Assembly (NCBI GenBank): GCA_029548485.1
Contig: JAKPNH010000006.1
Span: 13,937-77,936 of the forward strand
Direction: 5' to 3'
DNA length: 64,000 bases
From: a bacterium
GTDB lineage: Bacteria; Patescibacteriota; Minisyncoccia; UBA6257; Colwellbacteraceae
Shown: piece by piece, positions 55,612-64,000 of the stretch
Position numbering within the stretch: the first letter of the stretch is position 1
Layout: each line of letters starts with the position of its first letter
Translations under genes and position numbers: made by a program
Notes under the pieces: model-generated
Databases searched by the model: none
Seen by the model: only the letters and a program-made list of their open reading frames with translations
Told to the model about the DNA's origin: nothing

Positions 55612-56814
55612 ATGTTGGGTAAAGGACTTGAATCTTTGATCCCGCCGAAAGCGGGAAACGGGCAAGAAAACAACGGAAACGCGGTTCCGGTTTTTCCGGT
55701 GCAGTCGAATCCGGCGCCGGCCTTTATGAATCCGAACAGTCACGTCGATCCGTTCGCTTCGAGCGCCGACGCCGACCCGATGTCCGCGGCGAGAAACGTG
55801 GCCCCGGAAGCGTTTACGGCAAGCCCGGCTGTTTTGCCGATAAACAATCCGGTTCCGGAACCGATGACGCCGCGGCCCGAAAGCCCCGAACCTGTTTTCT
55901 CCGCCGGAAGCCAGGCGATGATCCCGGAAATAAAAACTTCGCCGATCTTGCGAGAAATAAAAAGTCCGGTTTACGACGATGATCCGGCCGAGAAAAAATC
56001 CGAAGCGGTTTTCCAAATCGAAGTCGAGAAAATCGTCCCGAACCCCGAGCAGCCGAGGAGGCATTTCGACGAAGAATCTTTGAGGGAGCTCGCGAGTTCC
56101 ATCAGGGAATTCGGGATCATCCAGCCGCTCATCGTTTCCAAAGTTTCCGAAGAAACAGAAAGCGGCACCGAAGTCCATTACGAGCTCATCGCCGGAGAAA
56201 GACGGCTGATGGCCGCCAAAATGGTGGGGCTCCGGACCGTTCCGGCGATCGTCAAACACGTTTCCGTGGGCCGGGAAAAACTGGAATTGGCCATAATCGA
56301 GAACATCCAGCGATCGGATTTAAATCCGATCGAGGAAGCGCGGGCTTACGCCAGGCTCCAGGACGAATTCCGGATGACCCAGCGGGAAATCGCCAGCCGT
56401 CTAGGCAAGAGCCGCGAGACCGTGGCGAACGCCATGAGGCTTTTGAATCTGCCTTCGGAAATTCAGACGGCTTTGGAAACCGGACAGTTGAACGAAAGTC
56501 AGGGGCGGCTGCTGCTCCAGATAGGCGACATCAAGCGCCAGATGGAAATATTTTATTCCATCCTGACGGACAAGCCGAGCGTCCGCGCTTTGAAGCAGCG
56601 CATCCGGGAAGAAGTGGCTCCCAAATCGGAAGCCCGTTCGATCGACCCGACGCTCGAGGCCATCAAAAACAGGCTCGAAGAGATCCTGGGAACCAAGGTG
56701 GATATCAGGACCGAAGGCGATAAAGGAAAAATCACCATCAATTTTTATTCGTCCGAAGAGCTGTCGTCTTTGATCGACAAGCTCGTCAGACAAAACGATA
56801 GTCGATCTCTTTAA
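55612..56814 (+). CDS. parB: Chromosome partitioning protein ParB/Spo0J (long Pro/Ala-rich N-terminal linker)
   Basis: 'LGKGLESLIP', 'IVPNPEQPRRHFDEESL' and 'LIAGERRLMAAK'. Confidence 0.85.
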   Translation: MLGKGLESLIPPKAGNGQENNGNAVPVFPVQSNPAPAFMNPNSHVDPFASSADADPMSAARNVAPEAFTASPAVLPINNPVPEPMTPRPESPEPVFSAGSQAMIPEIKTSPILREIKSPVYDDDPAEKKSEAVFQIEVEKIVPNPEQPRRHFDEESLRELASSIREFGIIQPLIVSKVSEETESGTEVHYELIAGERRLMAAKMVGLRTVPAIVKHVSVGREKLELAIIENIQRSDLNPIEEARAYARLQDEFRMTQREIASRLGKSRETVANAMRLLNLPSEIQTALETGQLNESQGRLLLQIGDIKRQMEIFYSILTDKPSVRALKQRIREEVAPKSEARSIDPTLEAIKNRLEEILGTKVDIRTEGDKGKITINFYSSEELSSLIDKLVRQNDSRSL

Positions 56815-58471
56815 TCCCTTTAAGGGATTTGATTTTGACGATAAGCTGGGAGATTTTCCGGCGGTCGGAAGAGTCGCATCTTATTTTGACCGTCTGGAAT
56901 CCGCTGCCGGTCGGGTTGGCCGAGAGGTTGACCAGGCTTAAATGGTTGCGGCCGACGACGTTCGACAAGTCTTTGATCAAATCCGGCCGAGCTTGGGCGA
57001 CGATGTGAAGCTCCGTCTGTTTCGGCTCGAAAAGCGGCCCTTTGTCTTTGAGGGCTTTTTTGATGCGGCTCACGGCCGACGAGGTTTTGACGAATTCGAG
57101 CCAGGAAATCGAGGGCTTTTTCCCTTTATGGACGACGATCTCCACGATGTCGCTCGATCGGAGTTCGTGGTTCAAAGGTACTATCTTGCCGTTAACTTTG
57201 GCGCCGACGCACTGGTTTCCGAGATCGGTGTGGATCTGGTAGGCGAAATCGATCGGGGTGGCTCCGGCCGGCAAGTCGACCACCTGGCCTTTGGGCGTGA
57301 TCGCGAAAATGCGGTCTTTGAAAAAATCCATTTTAAGGGCGTCGATGAAATCCGCGGAATCGGTTTCTTCTTCCTGCCAGGCGCGGAGCCGCTCCACCCA
57401 GGAGATATCCTGGTTCTTGGCGAAGGAGACGCGTTTTTTACCTCCGGATTTCGCTTCTTCGTAAGCCCAGTGGGCGGCCACGCCGTTTTCCGCCTCTTCG
57501 TGCATCTCCATGGTCCTGATCTGGAACTCGACTATTTTCTGTCCGACGCAGAAGACGACGGTGTGCAAACTCCGGTAGCCGTTCGGCTTGGGCATAGCGA
57601 TATAATCTTTGATCCGTCCGGGTAAGGGCGGCCAAAGCTTGTGGACGACGCCGAGCGCGGCGTAGCAATCCTGAATGTTCTCGACGATGATGCGGAAAGC
57701 GACCAGATCGTGGATCTTGTCGATATCCATGTCGTACCGCAGGAGTTTTTTATAGAGGCTCGAATACCGCTTGGCCCGGAAATCGACTTTGAGCGGTTTG
57801 ATGTTCGCGAGCGTCAGTTCCTTGATAACGATCGGTTTGATCCTTTTCAGGTATTTTTCCCGTTCGGCATATCGGGTTTTCATGTTGGAGATTAGCCATT
57901 TGTATTCCTCCGGATAGAGATAAGGGAAGGCGAGGTCTTCGAGTTCTCCGGCGAGCCTTTGCATGCCGAGCCGGTAGGCAAGCGAGGAATATATTTCGTA
58001 GGTTTCGAGGCTGATCCTTTTTTGCTTGTCCGAAGGAAGGGATCTCAAAGTCTGCATGTTGTGCAGCCTGTCGGCGAGCTTCACGAAAATCACCCGGAGA
58101 TCTTTCGAGGTGGCGAGTATCAGTTTTTTGATGTTGTCTTTCTGCTTCTCGTCTCCGCGGTATTTGATGCGTCCGAGCTTGGTCGTGCCGTCGACCAAGT
58201 TCGCAATTTGAGGCCCGAAATTCTTGTCGATTTCCTCCAGGCGGCAGCCGGTGTCTTCGACGACGTCGTGCAAAAGCCCGGCGGCAATGGTCGTTTCGTC
58301 GAGATTCCAATCCGCCAGGTTCTGGGCGGTCTTGAGGCAGTGATTGATATAAGGCTCTCCCGAAGCCCTTTTTTGGTTTTTGTGGCAAGATTCCGCGAAA
58401 AAATAAGCCCGGGAAACAAGGGAGGCCCGGTTTTCCAAGGCTTCTTTTTTGACGTCTCTTCTAGTCTCCAT
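56786..58471 (-). CDS. rel: RelA/SpoT-family (p)ppGpp synthetase/hydrolase (short form, 561 aa)
   Basis: The HD hydrolase motif 'HD..ED' in 'LLHDVVEDT', the synthetase motif 'RIKDYIA..NGYRSLHTVV', and a TGS region. Confidence 0.85.
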   Translation of the reverse strand: METRRDVKKEALENRASLVSRAYFFAESCHKNQKRASGEPYINHCLKTAQNLADWNLDETTIAAGLLHDVVEDTGCRLEEIDKNFGPQIANLVDGTTKLGRIKYRGDEKQKDNIKKLILATSKDLRVIFVKLADRLHNMQTLRSLPSDKQKRISLETYEIYSSLAYRLGMQRLAGELEDLAFPYLYPEEYKWLISNMKTRYAEREKYLKRIKPIVIKELTLANIKPLKVDFRAKRYSSLYKKLLRYDMDIDKIHDLVAFRIIVENIQDCYAALGVVHKLWPPLPGRIKDYIAMPKPNGYRSLHTVVFCVGQKIVEFQIRTMEMHEEAENGVAAHWAYEEAKSGGKKRVSFAKNQDISWVERLRAWQEEETDSADFIDALKMDFFKDRIFAITPKGQVVDLPAGATPIDFAYQIHTDLGNQCVGAKVNGKIVPLNHELRSSDIVEIVVHKGKKPSISWLEFVKTSSAVSRIKKALKDKGPLFEPKQTELHIVAQARPDLIKDLSNVVGRNHLSLVNLSANPTGSGFQTVKIRCDSSDRRKISQLIVKIKSLKGIKEIDYRFV

Positions 58472-58523
58472 GGGCTTATATTAAGCTTCCCAAGCTTTAT
58501 TTGTCCATTTTTTCCGAATGTCT

Positions 58524-58552
58524 TTGACAAATCAGCCAATTTATGTTGTAAT
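58524..58552 (+). promoter_or_regulatory. Sigma-70-like promoter (TTGACA-N17-TGTAAT) for the GGDEF gene
   Basis: The hexamers were read directly, about 30 nt upstream of the ATG at 58584. Confidence 0.5.
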
Positions 58553-58583
58553 AATATACAGTATCTTTGACAAAAACCCGGAC

Positions 58584-59396
58584 ATGAAGGCCGGGAATAC
58601 GGATTTCAAGGAGGAAGAAGACGTGTTGGCGAAAGAAGACCTTAGTGTTTTGTTAGACGGCCTCGATGAAGGAATCGTCCTTATCGATGGCCGAGGTAGA
58701 GTCTTTTTTATGAACGACTCTGCGATCAGTATAGCTTCCGGTGATTTCTCCGGGCGGTCCTATCGGGAGATTTTCTCCGAATGGACGTCGGCATCTGGGA
58801 GCAAACAAGGCACGATGTACGAAGTCCCGCCCTTTATGTTTTCTCCGGGCGGGAGATTGGTTAGTATCCGATGCGATAAGAGGCCGGACGATTATTATCG
58901 TTTGCTTCTTACCTCCGAGGATCATACCTGTAAAGACGCCTTGACCGGCGTTTTCAACAGGCGGTTTCTCCAAACCGAAGTGGAATGGCTGGAAGCGCTC
59001 CGTAATCGACAACGCAAGCACAAAGATCCGAGAGATCCGGTGTTTGAAGTTGGTATTGTCTTCGGAGACATCGACGGTTTGAAAAAAGCCAACGATGTCG
59101 AAGGATACGCCGCCGGCGACGCCTTGATCCGGGAAATCGCCGATGTCTTCAAAAAGACGTTGCGCGAAAGCGATCTTGTCTTCCGCTACGGCGGGGACGA
59201 GTTCGTCTTGATCCTTCCCAACCAGACCAAAGGAGAAACGGAAATAGTTCTCCAGCGTCTTCAAACGGCGGCTGAGGGTCTGCCGCTTTCCCTCGGGGTT
59301 TTCTTCGTCGGTAAAGAGATGTTTATCAACGAAGGAATCCAAAGGGCGGCCGAAGAAATGAAAAAGACCAAGGCCGCCAGAAAATCAGTTCTTTAA
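58584..59396 (+). CDS. PAS-like sensor diguanylate cyclase (GGDEF)
   Basis: 'RYGGDEF' and 'GDIDGLKKANDVEGYAAGD', with an N-terminal PAS-like segment. Confidence 0.8.
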   Translation: MKAGNTDFKEEEDVLAKEDLSVLLDGLDEGIVLIDGRGRVFFMNDSAISIASGDFSGRSYREIFSEWTSASGSKQGTMYEVPPFMFSPGGRLVSIRCDKRPDDYYRLLLTSEDHTCKDALTGVFNRRFLQTEVEWLEALRNRQRKHKDPRDPVFEVGIVFGDIDGLKKANDVEGYAAGDALIREIADVFKKTLRESDLVFRYGGDEFVLILPNQTKGETEIVLQRLQTAAEGLPLSLGVFFVGKEMFINEGIQRAAEEMKKTKAARKSVL

Positions 59397-59433
59397 GCAA
59401 CAAGCGCCGCGACGAAAGCCGCGGCGTTTTTAT

Positions 59434-61401
59434 TTATTCTTCCGTTTTCGGTTTGGTCCAGGAAGCGAATTTACAATCCGGATAACGGCTGCATCCGTAA
59501 AAGAATCTTCCTTTTTTGGTGCGGCGGCGGACCACATTGCCTTCTTTGCATTCGGGACATTTTATTTCCAGACCCTCCTTATTTTTGACAGAATCCGACC
59601 CGGGGATCTTTTTGGTGCTTTTGCATTCGGGATATCCGGAGCAGGCGAGGAATTTTCCGAAACGGCCGTATTTGACGACCATCGGACGTCCGCATTTTTC
59701 GCAGATTTCGTCGGTCGTTTCCGTTGGCTTTTGCTTTTCCACGGATTCGTATTTTTCCTCGAGAGTCTTGGAAAAAGGATCGTAAAAATTCTTGACCACT
59801 TTTTGCCATGAGGTTTTTCCTTCGGCGATCTCGTCGAGGTCGTTTTCCATTTTGGCGGTGAAATCGATATCGACGATCTGGGGGAAATGCTCGGTGAGCA
59901 CGGAGTTCACCAGTTCGCCGATCTCCGTCGGCTCGAACCGGCGGTCGGGGTTTTTCGTCACGTAGTTCCTTTCCTGGATGACCGAAATGATCGGCGCATA
60001 GGTCGACGGCCGGCCGATGCCCGCTTCTTCCAAAGTCTTGATCAAACTCGCTTCGTTGTATCGGGCCGGCGGTTCGGTGAAGTGCTCCGCAGATTTGGCT
60101 TCGACGAGGTCGAGCTTCTCGTTTTCTTTTACTTTCGGCAATTCTTTTTCGGTGAACTGGCTCGGCCAGATTTTCAGAAAACCGTCGAATTTCAAAACGC
60201 TGCCGTTTGAAGCGAGAAGATAGGAATTGTTTTTCGATTTGGCTTCGATGTCGATCCGGCCCTGGTTCCAGATGGCCGCCGGCATCTGGGAAGCGATGAA
60301 TCTCCTCCAGATCAATTCGTAGAGTTTTTGTTCGCGGCCTTCGACCTTGATCTGGTCGGGCGCAAGCAGGGGATTGGTCGGCCTCACGGCTTCGTGCGCT
60401 TCCTGGGCCATTCTCGATTTGGTTTTGAAAAATCGCGGCGCGTCTTTGGCGTATTCCTCGCCCAGGTTGGCGCGGAGCCATTTGGCGGCCGCAGCCACCG
60501 AATATGCGGAAAGATTCACCGAATCGGTCCGCATGTAAGTGATGTGGCCGTTTTCGTAAAGGGATTGGGCGAGCATCATCGTCTGTTTGGCCGAAAGCCG
60601 CATTCTTTTAGAGGCTTCCTGCTGGAGCGTGCTTGTGGTAAAAGGCGGAAGCGGAGAGCGTTTCAAGGTTTTTTCCTCGATTTTTTCCACGTGGAAATCT
60701 GACTTCTCGAGGTCGGAAACGATTTTTTCGGATTCGGCCTTGGCTTTTATCCCGGGAGCGAGTATCGGCTCTCCGTTTACCTTCACGAGGTTCGCGGAAA
60801 AATTCGGATTGCCTTTGAAGATAGCTTCGATCGTATAGTAGGCTTCGGACTTGAAAGCCCTTATTTCTTTTTCCCGTTCGACGATCAGTCGGACGGCCAC
60901 CGATTGCACCCGGCCGGCGGAAAGACGGCTCATCACTTTTTTCCAAAGAAACGGCGAAAGTTTGTAGCCGACCAGCCGGTCGAGGACGCGCCTGGCTTGC
61001 TGGCTGTTCACCAGATTCATGTCGATGACGCGCGGCTGCTTGAGCGCCTCTTTGATGGCTTCGTCGGTGATCTCGTGGAAAACGATCCTTTCGGTTTTTT
61101 GCGAGTCAAGTCCGAGCGCGGTCGCGAGATGCCAGGCGATGGCTTCTCCTTCGCGGTCCTCGTCGGTCGCGAGAATGACGCTATCGGTTTTGCCGGAGAG
61201 TTTTTTTAATTCATTGACTCGCTTCCGATTCTTGGTAGGAATGACGTATTGCGGTTCGAAATCGCGTTCGAGATCGATGCCGAGTTTGCTTTTGGGCAAA
61301 TCGCGGATATGGCCGAAAGAAGACTCCACTTTGTATTTGGAGCCCAGGAATTTTCCGATGGTTTTCGCCTTGGTCGGCGATTCGACTATTACCAGGTTCA
61401 T
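59434..61401 (-). CDS. topA: DNA topoisomerase I
   Basis: A Toprim N-terminus 'MNLVIVESPTKAKTI', a catalytic Tyr region, and C-terminal Zn ribbons 'CEKCGRPM...CSGYPEC'. Confidence 0.9.
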   Translation of the reverse strand: MNLVIVESPTKAKTIGKFLGSKYKVESSFGHIRDLPKSKLGIDLERDFEPQYVIPTKNRKRVNELKKLSGKTDSVILATDEDREGEAIAWHLATALGLDSQKTERIVFHEITDEAIKEALKQPRVIDMNLVNSQQARRVLDRLVGYKLSPFLWKKVMSRLSAGRVQSVAVRLIVEREKEIRAFKSEAYYTIEAIFKGNPNFSANLVKVNGEPILAPGIKAKAESEKIVSDLEKSDFHVEKIEEKTLKRSPLPPFTTSTLQQEASKRMRLSAKQTMMLAQSLYENGHITYMRTDSVNLSAYSVAAAAKWLRANLGEEYAKDAPRFFKTKSRMAQEAHEAVRPTNPLLAPDQIKVEGREQKLYELIWRRFIASQMPAAIWNQGRIDIEAKSKNNSYLLASNGSVLKFDGFLKIWPSQFTEKELPKVKENEKLDLVEAKSAEHFTEPPARYNEASLIKTLEEAGIGRPSTYAPIISVIQERNYVTKNPDRRFEPTEIGELVNSVLTEHFPQIVDIDFTAKMENDLDEIAEGKTSWQKVVKNFYDPFSKTLEEKYESVEKQKPTETTDEICEKCGRPMVVKYGRFGKFLACSGYPECKSTKKIPGSDSVKNKEGLEIKCPECKEGNVVRRRTKKGRFFYGCSRYPDCKFASWTKPKTEE

Positions 61402-61445
61402 TGAAGTATTCTATTATTGTAAGCCATAGGCGCTTTCCGAAGAAA

Positions 61446-62261
61446 TCATCGATTCAAAATATAACCTTCGTCCGATTCCCGGATGATCTTTTTAAGGACG
61501 AGTCCGGCAATTACGGGGAGCGCTTTTGACGGCTCAAGTTTAGTGATTTCCATGATCTTGTCAATTTTGGCGCTGCAGCCGCTATACCGGATGGCTTCGA
61601 TGATCGCTTTTTCCAAATCCATTGTTTCTTCTCGGTTGCAACCGGGAATTTCGATACCCAGATCTTCCAAGATGTCTTTGGCCGAAGTGACGAGCCTCGC
61701 TCCGTCGCGGATCAGCCTATGCGATCCCGCGTAATTAGGGTGGCTTACGGGACCGGGGACGACAAAGACCTCCCGGCCTTGTTCGGCCGCGAAATTGGCG
61801 GTCGAGAGGCTGCCGGATCTCGTCGGCGCTTCAACGACAACAATGGCTTCGCAAAGCCCGCTGATGATCCGATTCCTTCTCAAAAAATTATCTTTGTATC
61901 CCGGGGTGGTTTCGGGATATTCGGAGACGATGGCGCCGCCGCCGGCGATGATCCTCTCCGCCAGCCGTTCGTTTTGCTTGGGATAGATATTGTCGATGCC
62001 CGTTCCCAAAACGGCGATGGTTTTGCCTCCGTATTCGAGGCAGCCTTCGTGGCTCGCCGTGTCGATGCCCATGGCGAGGCCGCTGACGACCGTGATATCC
62101 GTCCTGGCTAGTTCGGCGGCGATGGTTCTCGCGATCAGCCGGCCTTCGGACGTCGATCTTCTCGTGCCGACAACGGCGATCTTAAAATCATCGGAAAGAT
62201 TTCCTTTAACGAACAATTCGGACGGAGGATCGGGGATGTTTTGCAATAGTTTCGGAATCAC
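61446..62261 (-). CDS. dprA: DNA processing protein DprA (Smf)
   Basis: 'VVSGLAMGIDTASHEG' Rossmann-like DprA core. Confidence 0.8.
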   Translation of the reverse strand: MIPKLLQNIPDPPSELFVKGNLSDDFKIAVVGTRRSTSEGRLIARTIAAELARTDITVVSGLAMGIDTASHEGCLEYGGKTIAVLGTGIDNIYPKQNERLAERIIAGGGAIVSEYPETTPGYKDNFLRRNRIISGLCEAIVVVEAPTRSGSLSTANFAAEQGREVFVVPGPVSHPNYAGSHRLIRDGARLVTSAKDILEDLGIEIPGCNREETMDLEKAIIEAIRYSGCSAKIDKIMEITKLEPSKALPVIAGLVLKKIIRESDEGYILNR

Positions 62262-62287
62262 TTTGGTTTATTATATAATAGTACGAG

Positions 62288-62815
62288 ATGCTTAAGGATT
62301 TCAGGGTAAAAATGGCCGTCGTCATCGGCGTCACTTTGATCGCCGGCGCCGGCCTGACATTCGCGGTTTTCCAACTGAGAAAGAGCATCGCCGCTTCGAG
62401 TTCGGAAATCAAGCTCATGAGGGTGGACTTTTTATCGCGTTCAAGGGCGATCACATCTTTGGCCGAGCTCAAGGAAGACGCGGAAGAGGCGCGCGTTTAC
62501 ACCGATGTCCTGAATTTCAGCCTTCCGACCAAGGAGGACCTCCCTGAATTCAACGCCGATGTCTTTGAACTGGAAAGGAGGCACAATCTGCCGACCAGTT
62601 TCAAATTCAGCGGCAGCGAAATAGCTCCGACTTCGGGGACGCCCGGAGAAATCGCCTTCGAACTCAATCTGACCGGGACGTACGACGATATCGTCAATTT
62701 TCTGAAAGACCTCGAAGATTCTTCTTATGTCACCGATATCAGGAATTTCGATCTGGTCGGCGGAGCCGAAAACCAATACCGGGCCATTATCCAGGGAGTG
62801 GTCTTTTTCCATTAA
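62288..62815 (+). CDS. PilO-like type IV pilus assembly protein
   Basis: An N-terminal TM segment, a coiled coil, and the C-terminal 'LNLTGTYDDIVNFLKDLEDSSYVTDIRNF' ferredoxin-like PilO signature. Confidence 0.55.
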   Translation: MLKDFRVKMAVVIGVTLIAGAGLTFAVFQLRKSIAASSSEIKLMRVDFLSRSRAITSLAELKEDAEEARVYTDVLNFSLPTKEDLPEFNADVFELERRHNLPTSFKFSGSEIAPTSGTPGEIAFELNLTGTYDDIVNFLKDLEDSSYVTDIRNFDLVGGAENQYRAIIQGVVFFH

Positions 62816-62821
62816 AACAGC

Positions 62822-63031
62822 ATGCCCAAGCTTTCCCAAAGCCAAAAAGAAGTCATATTGATCGCGGTCAACGTGATGCTGCTCGTCGTTTTGCTGCTCG
62901 GCGCCTTCTGGGGCATCGGCATTCTCGGCGGACTGCTTGTCCAGGCTTTCGAGGCGCCGACCATGGTCGGCGGTACGGGCATTTTCTTCAATTTCGAGGG
63001 CTACCAAGCCTTAAATTTACAAACCAGGTAA
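62822..63031 (+). CDS. Small membrane hypothetical protein (69 aa)
   Basis: One TM segment, 'VILIAVNVMLLVVLLLGAFWGIGILGGLLV'. Confidence 0.4.
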   Translation: MPKLSQSQKEVILIAVNVMLLVVLLLGAFWGIGILGGLLVQAFEAPTMVGGTGIFFNFEGYQALNLQTR

Positions 63032-63057
63032 AAGATAGTAGTATATTTTTACCGGTC

Positions 63058-63129
63058 GGGCGCATAGTTCAGTGGTAGAACGCTGTCCTGATAAGACAGA
63101 GGTCCTAAGTCCGATTCTTAGTGCGCCCA
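63058..63129 (+). tRNA. tRNA-Ile (anticodon GAT)
   Basis: Manual fold: acceptor GGGCGCA/TGCGCCC, anticodon loop CTGATAA. Confidence 0.85.
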
Positions 63130-63151
63130 CAGTTTCACTTCGTGAAACGCC

Positions 63152-63225
63152 GGGCGGTTAGCTCAGTTGGTTAGAGCGTCACATTGACATTGTGAAGGTC
63201 ACTGGTTCGAGTCCAGTATCGCCCA
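63152..63225 (+). tRNA. tRNA-Val (anticodon GAC)
   Basis: Manual fold: acceptor GGGCGGT/ATCGCCC, anticodon loop TTGACAT. Confidence 0.85.
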
Positions 63226-63240
63226 CACCAAACTCGCGCC

Positions 63241-63936
63241 ATGAAGCAGGATATCCCGGTGGTTTACGAAGACAGAGATCTTTTGGCGGTCGTAAAACCC
63301 GCCGGGATTTTGATGCATCGGACCGCGGCCAAGGAAAAAGAAGAGACGCTGGCCGATTGGATCTTGGAGAATCGTCCGAAGATAAAAAACGTCGGCGACG
63401 ATCCCCGAGTCCGTCCGGGAATAGTCCACCGGCTCGACAAAGACACCTCGGGCATAATCTTGATCGCCAAAAATCAGAATACCTTCGAATATCTGAAGAG
63501 TCTTTTCCAAGCCGGCGAGGTCCAAAAAACTTATCTCGCCCTCGTTTACGGGAATATCGAACCGCAGGAAGGTGCGATCGACAAGCCGATCGGCCTGAAG
63601 TCCGGATCTGTGAAGCGCACGATCCACGGCGGGAAAATGGCAAAACAAGCGATCACCGAATACAAGGTTCTTAAAAACTACGACGGATTCTCTTTGATCG
63701 AAGCGAGGCCGAGAACCGGACGGACGCACCAGATCAGGGTTCATCTCGCTTCGATCAATCACCCGATCGTGGCTGACGCTTTATACGCCGGAAAGAAAGC
63801 CAAGAAAGATTCTTTGGGCCTTTCGCGGCAATTCCTGCACGCTTCGTCGATCGAATTTGTCGGACCGGACAAAACCCGTTTCCGGTTCGAAGCCAAGATG
63901 CCGGATGATTTGACAAGAGCCTTGAAATCCATTTAA
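63241..63936 (+). CDS. RluA-family pseudouridine synthase
   Basis: 'VHRLDKDTSGIILIAK' is the catalytic Asp motif. Confidence 0.85.
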   Translation: MKQDIPVVYEDRDLLAVVKPAGILMHRTAAKEKEETLADWILENRPKIKNVGDDPRVRPGIVHRLDKDTSGIILIAKNQNTFEYLKSLFQAGEVQKTYLALVYGNIEPQEGAIDKPIGLKSGSVKRTIHGGKMAKQAITEYKVLKNYDGFSLIEARPRTGRTHQIRVHLASINHPIVADALYAGKKAKKDSLGLSRQFLHASSIEFVGPDKTRFRFEAKMPDDLTRALKSI

Positions 63937-64000
63937 ATAGTTCCGTGATTAACGAGGAATACAAAGGAAAAATAAAGACCGGAGCCAGAGTCAAGGTCTG

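Overview
This 64-kb window reads as one chromosomal stretch of a small-genome bacterium, probably from the Candidate Phyla Radiation (Patescibacteria); that lineage call is an inference from gene content, not a database match. GC is about 55%. The evidence for the lineage is N-terminally minimal IF2, short RpoB and ValRS, a 23S-5S rRNA operon with no 16S gene, and self-splicing-like insertions in the 23S gene.

The window is densely packed with housekeeping genes on both strands. It opens with the 3' part of rny (RNase Y), then hup, an ECF sigma/anti-sigma pair, a PfkB kinase/unknown/class-II aldolase operon, rplY, mscL, a TrmH-family methylase, an orphan trpF, infB-rbfA, valS-prsW-hsp20, tsaD, recG, cca-dut, a D-2-hydroxyacid dehydrogenase, a FemAB/Mur-ligase cell-wall cluster, a CYTH protein, and the 23S-5S operon. 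After that come rodA, mltG, rpoB-rpoC, rpsF-ssb-rpsR, a PAP2 phosphatase, a DsbA-like protein, parAB, a short RelA/SpoT, a PAS-GGDEF cyclase, topA, dprA, a PilO-like gene and an RluA-family pseudouridine synthase. Sixteen tRNA genes were folded by hand.

The most unusual signals are these:
1. Two ORF-less, GNRA-tetraloop-rich insertions in the 23S gene. One sits at the classic L2593 group I site. The other lies inside the universally conserved sarcin-ricin loop, after U2656 in E. coli numbering.
2. A conserved-looking small ORF interrupted by an in-frame TAA.
3. A recurrent TATAAT-N6-8-ATG arrangement that suggests widespread leaderless mRNAs.
4. A non-canonical peptidoglycan module: a W-rich membrane protein with a TTG start, FemAB, an N-terminally truncated MurE-like ligase, a secreted beta-propeller and CYTH.
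5. An AT-rich islet of small ORFs between a DUF1653 gene and tRNA-Arg/tRNA-Lys, driven by a perfect consensus sigma-70 promoter.

No CRISPR array, transposase, integrase or 16S rRNA gene is present.
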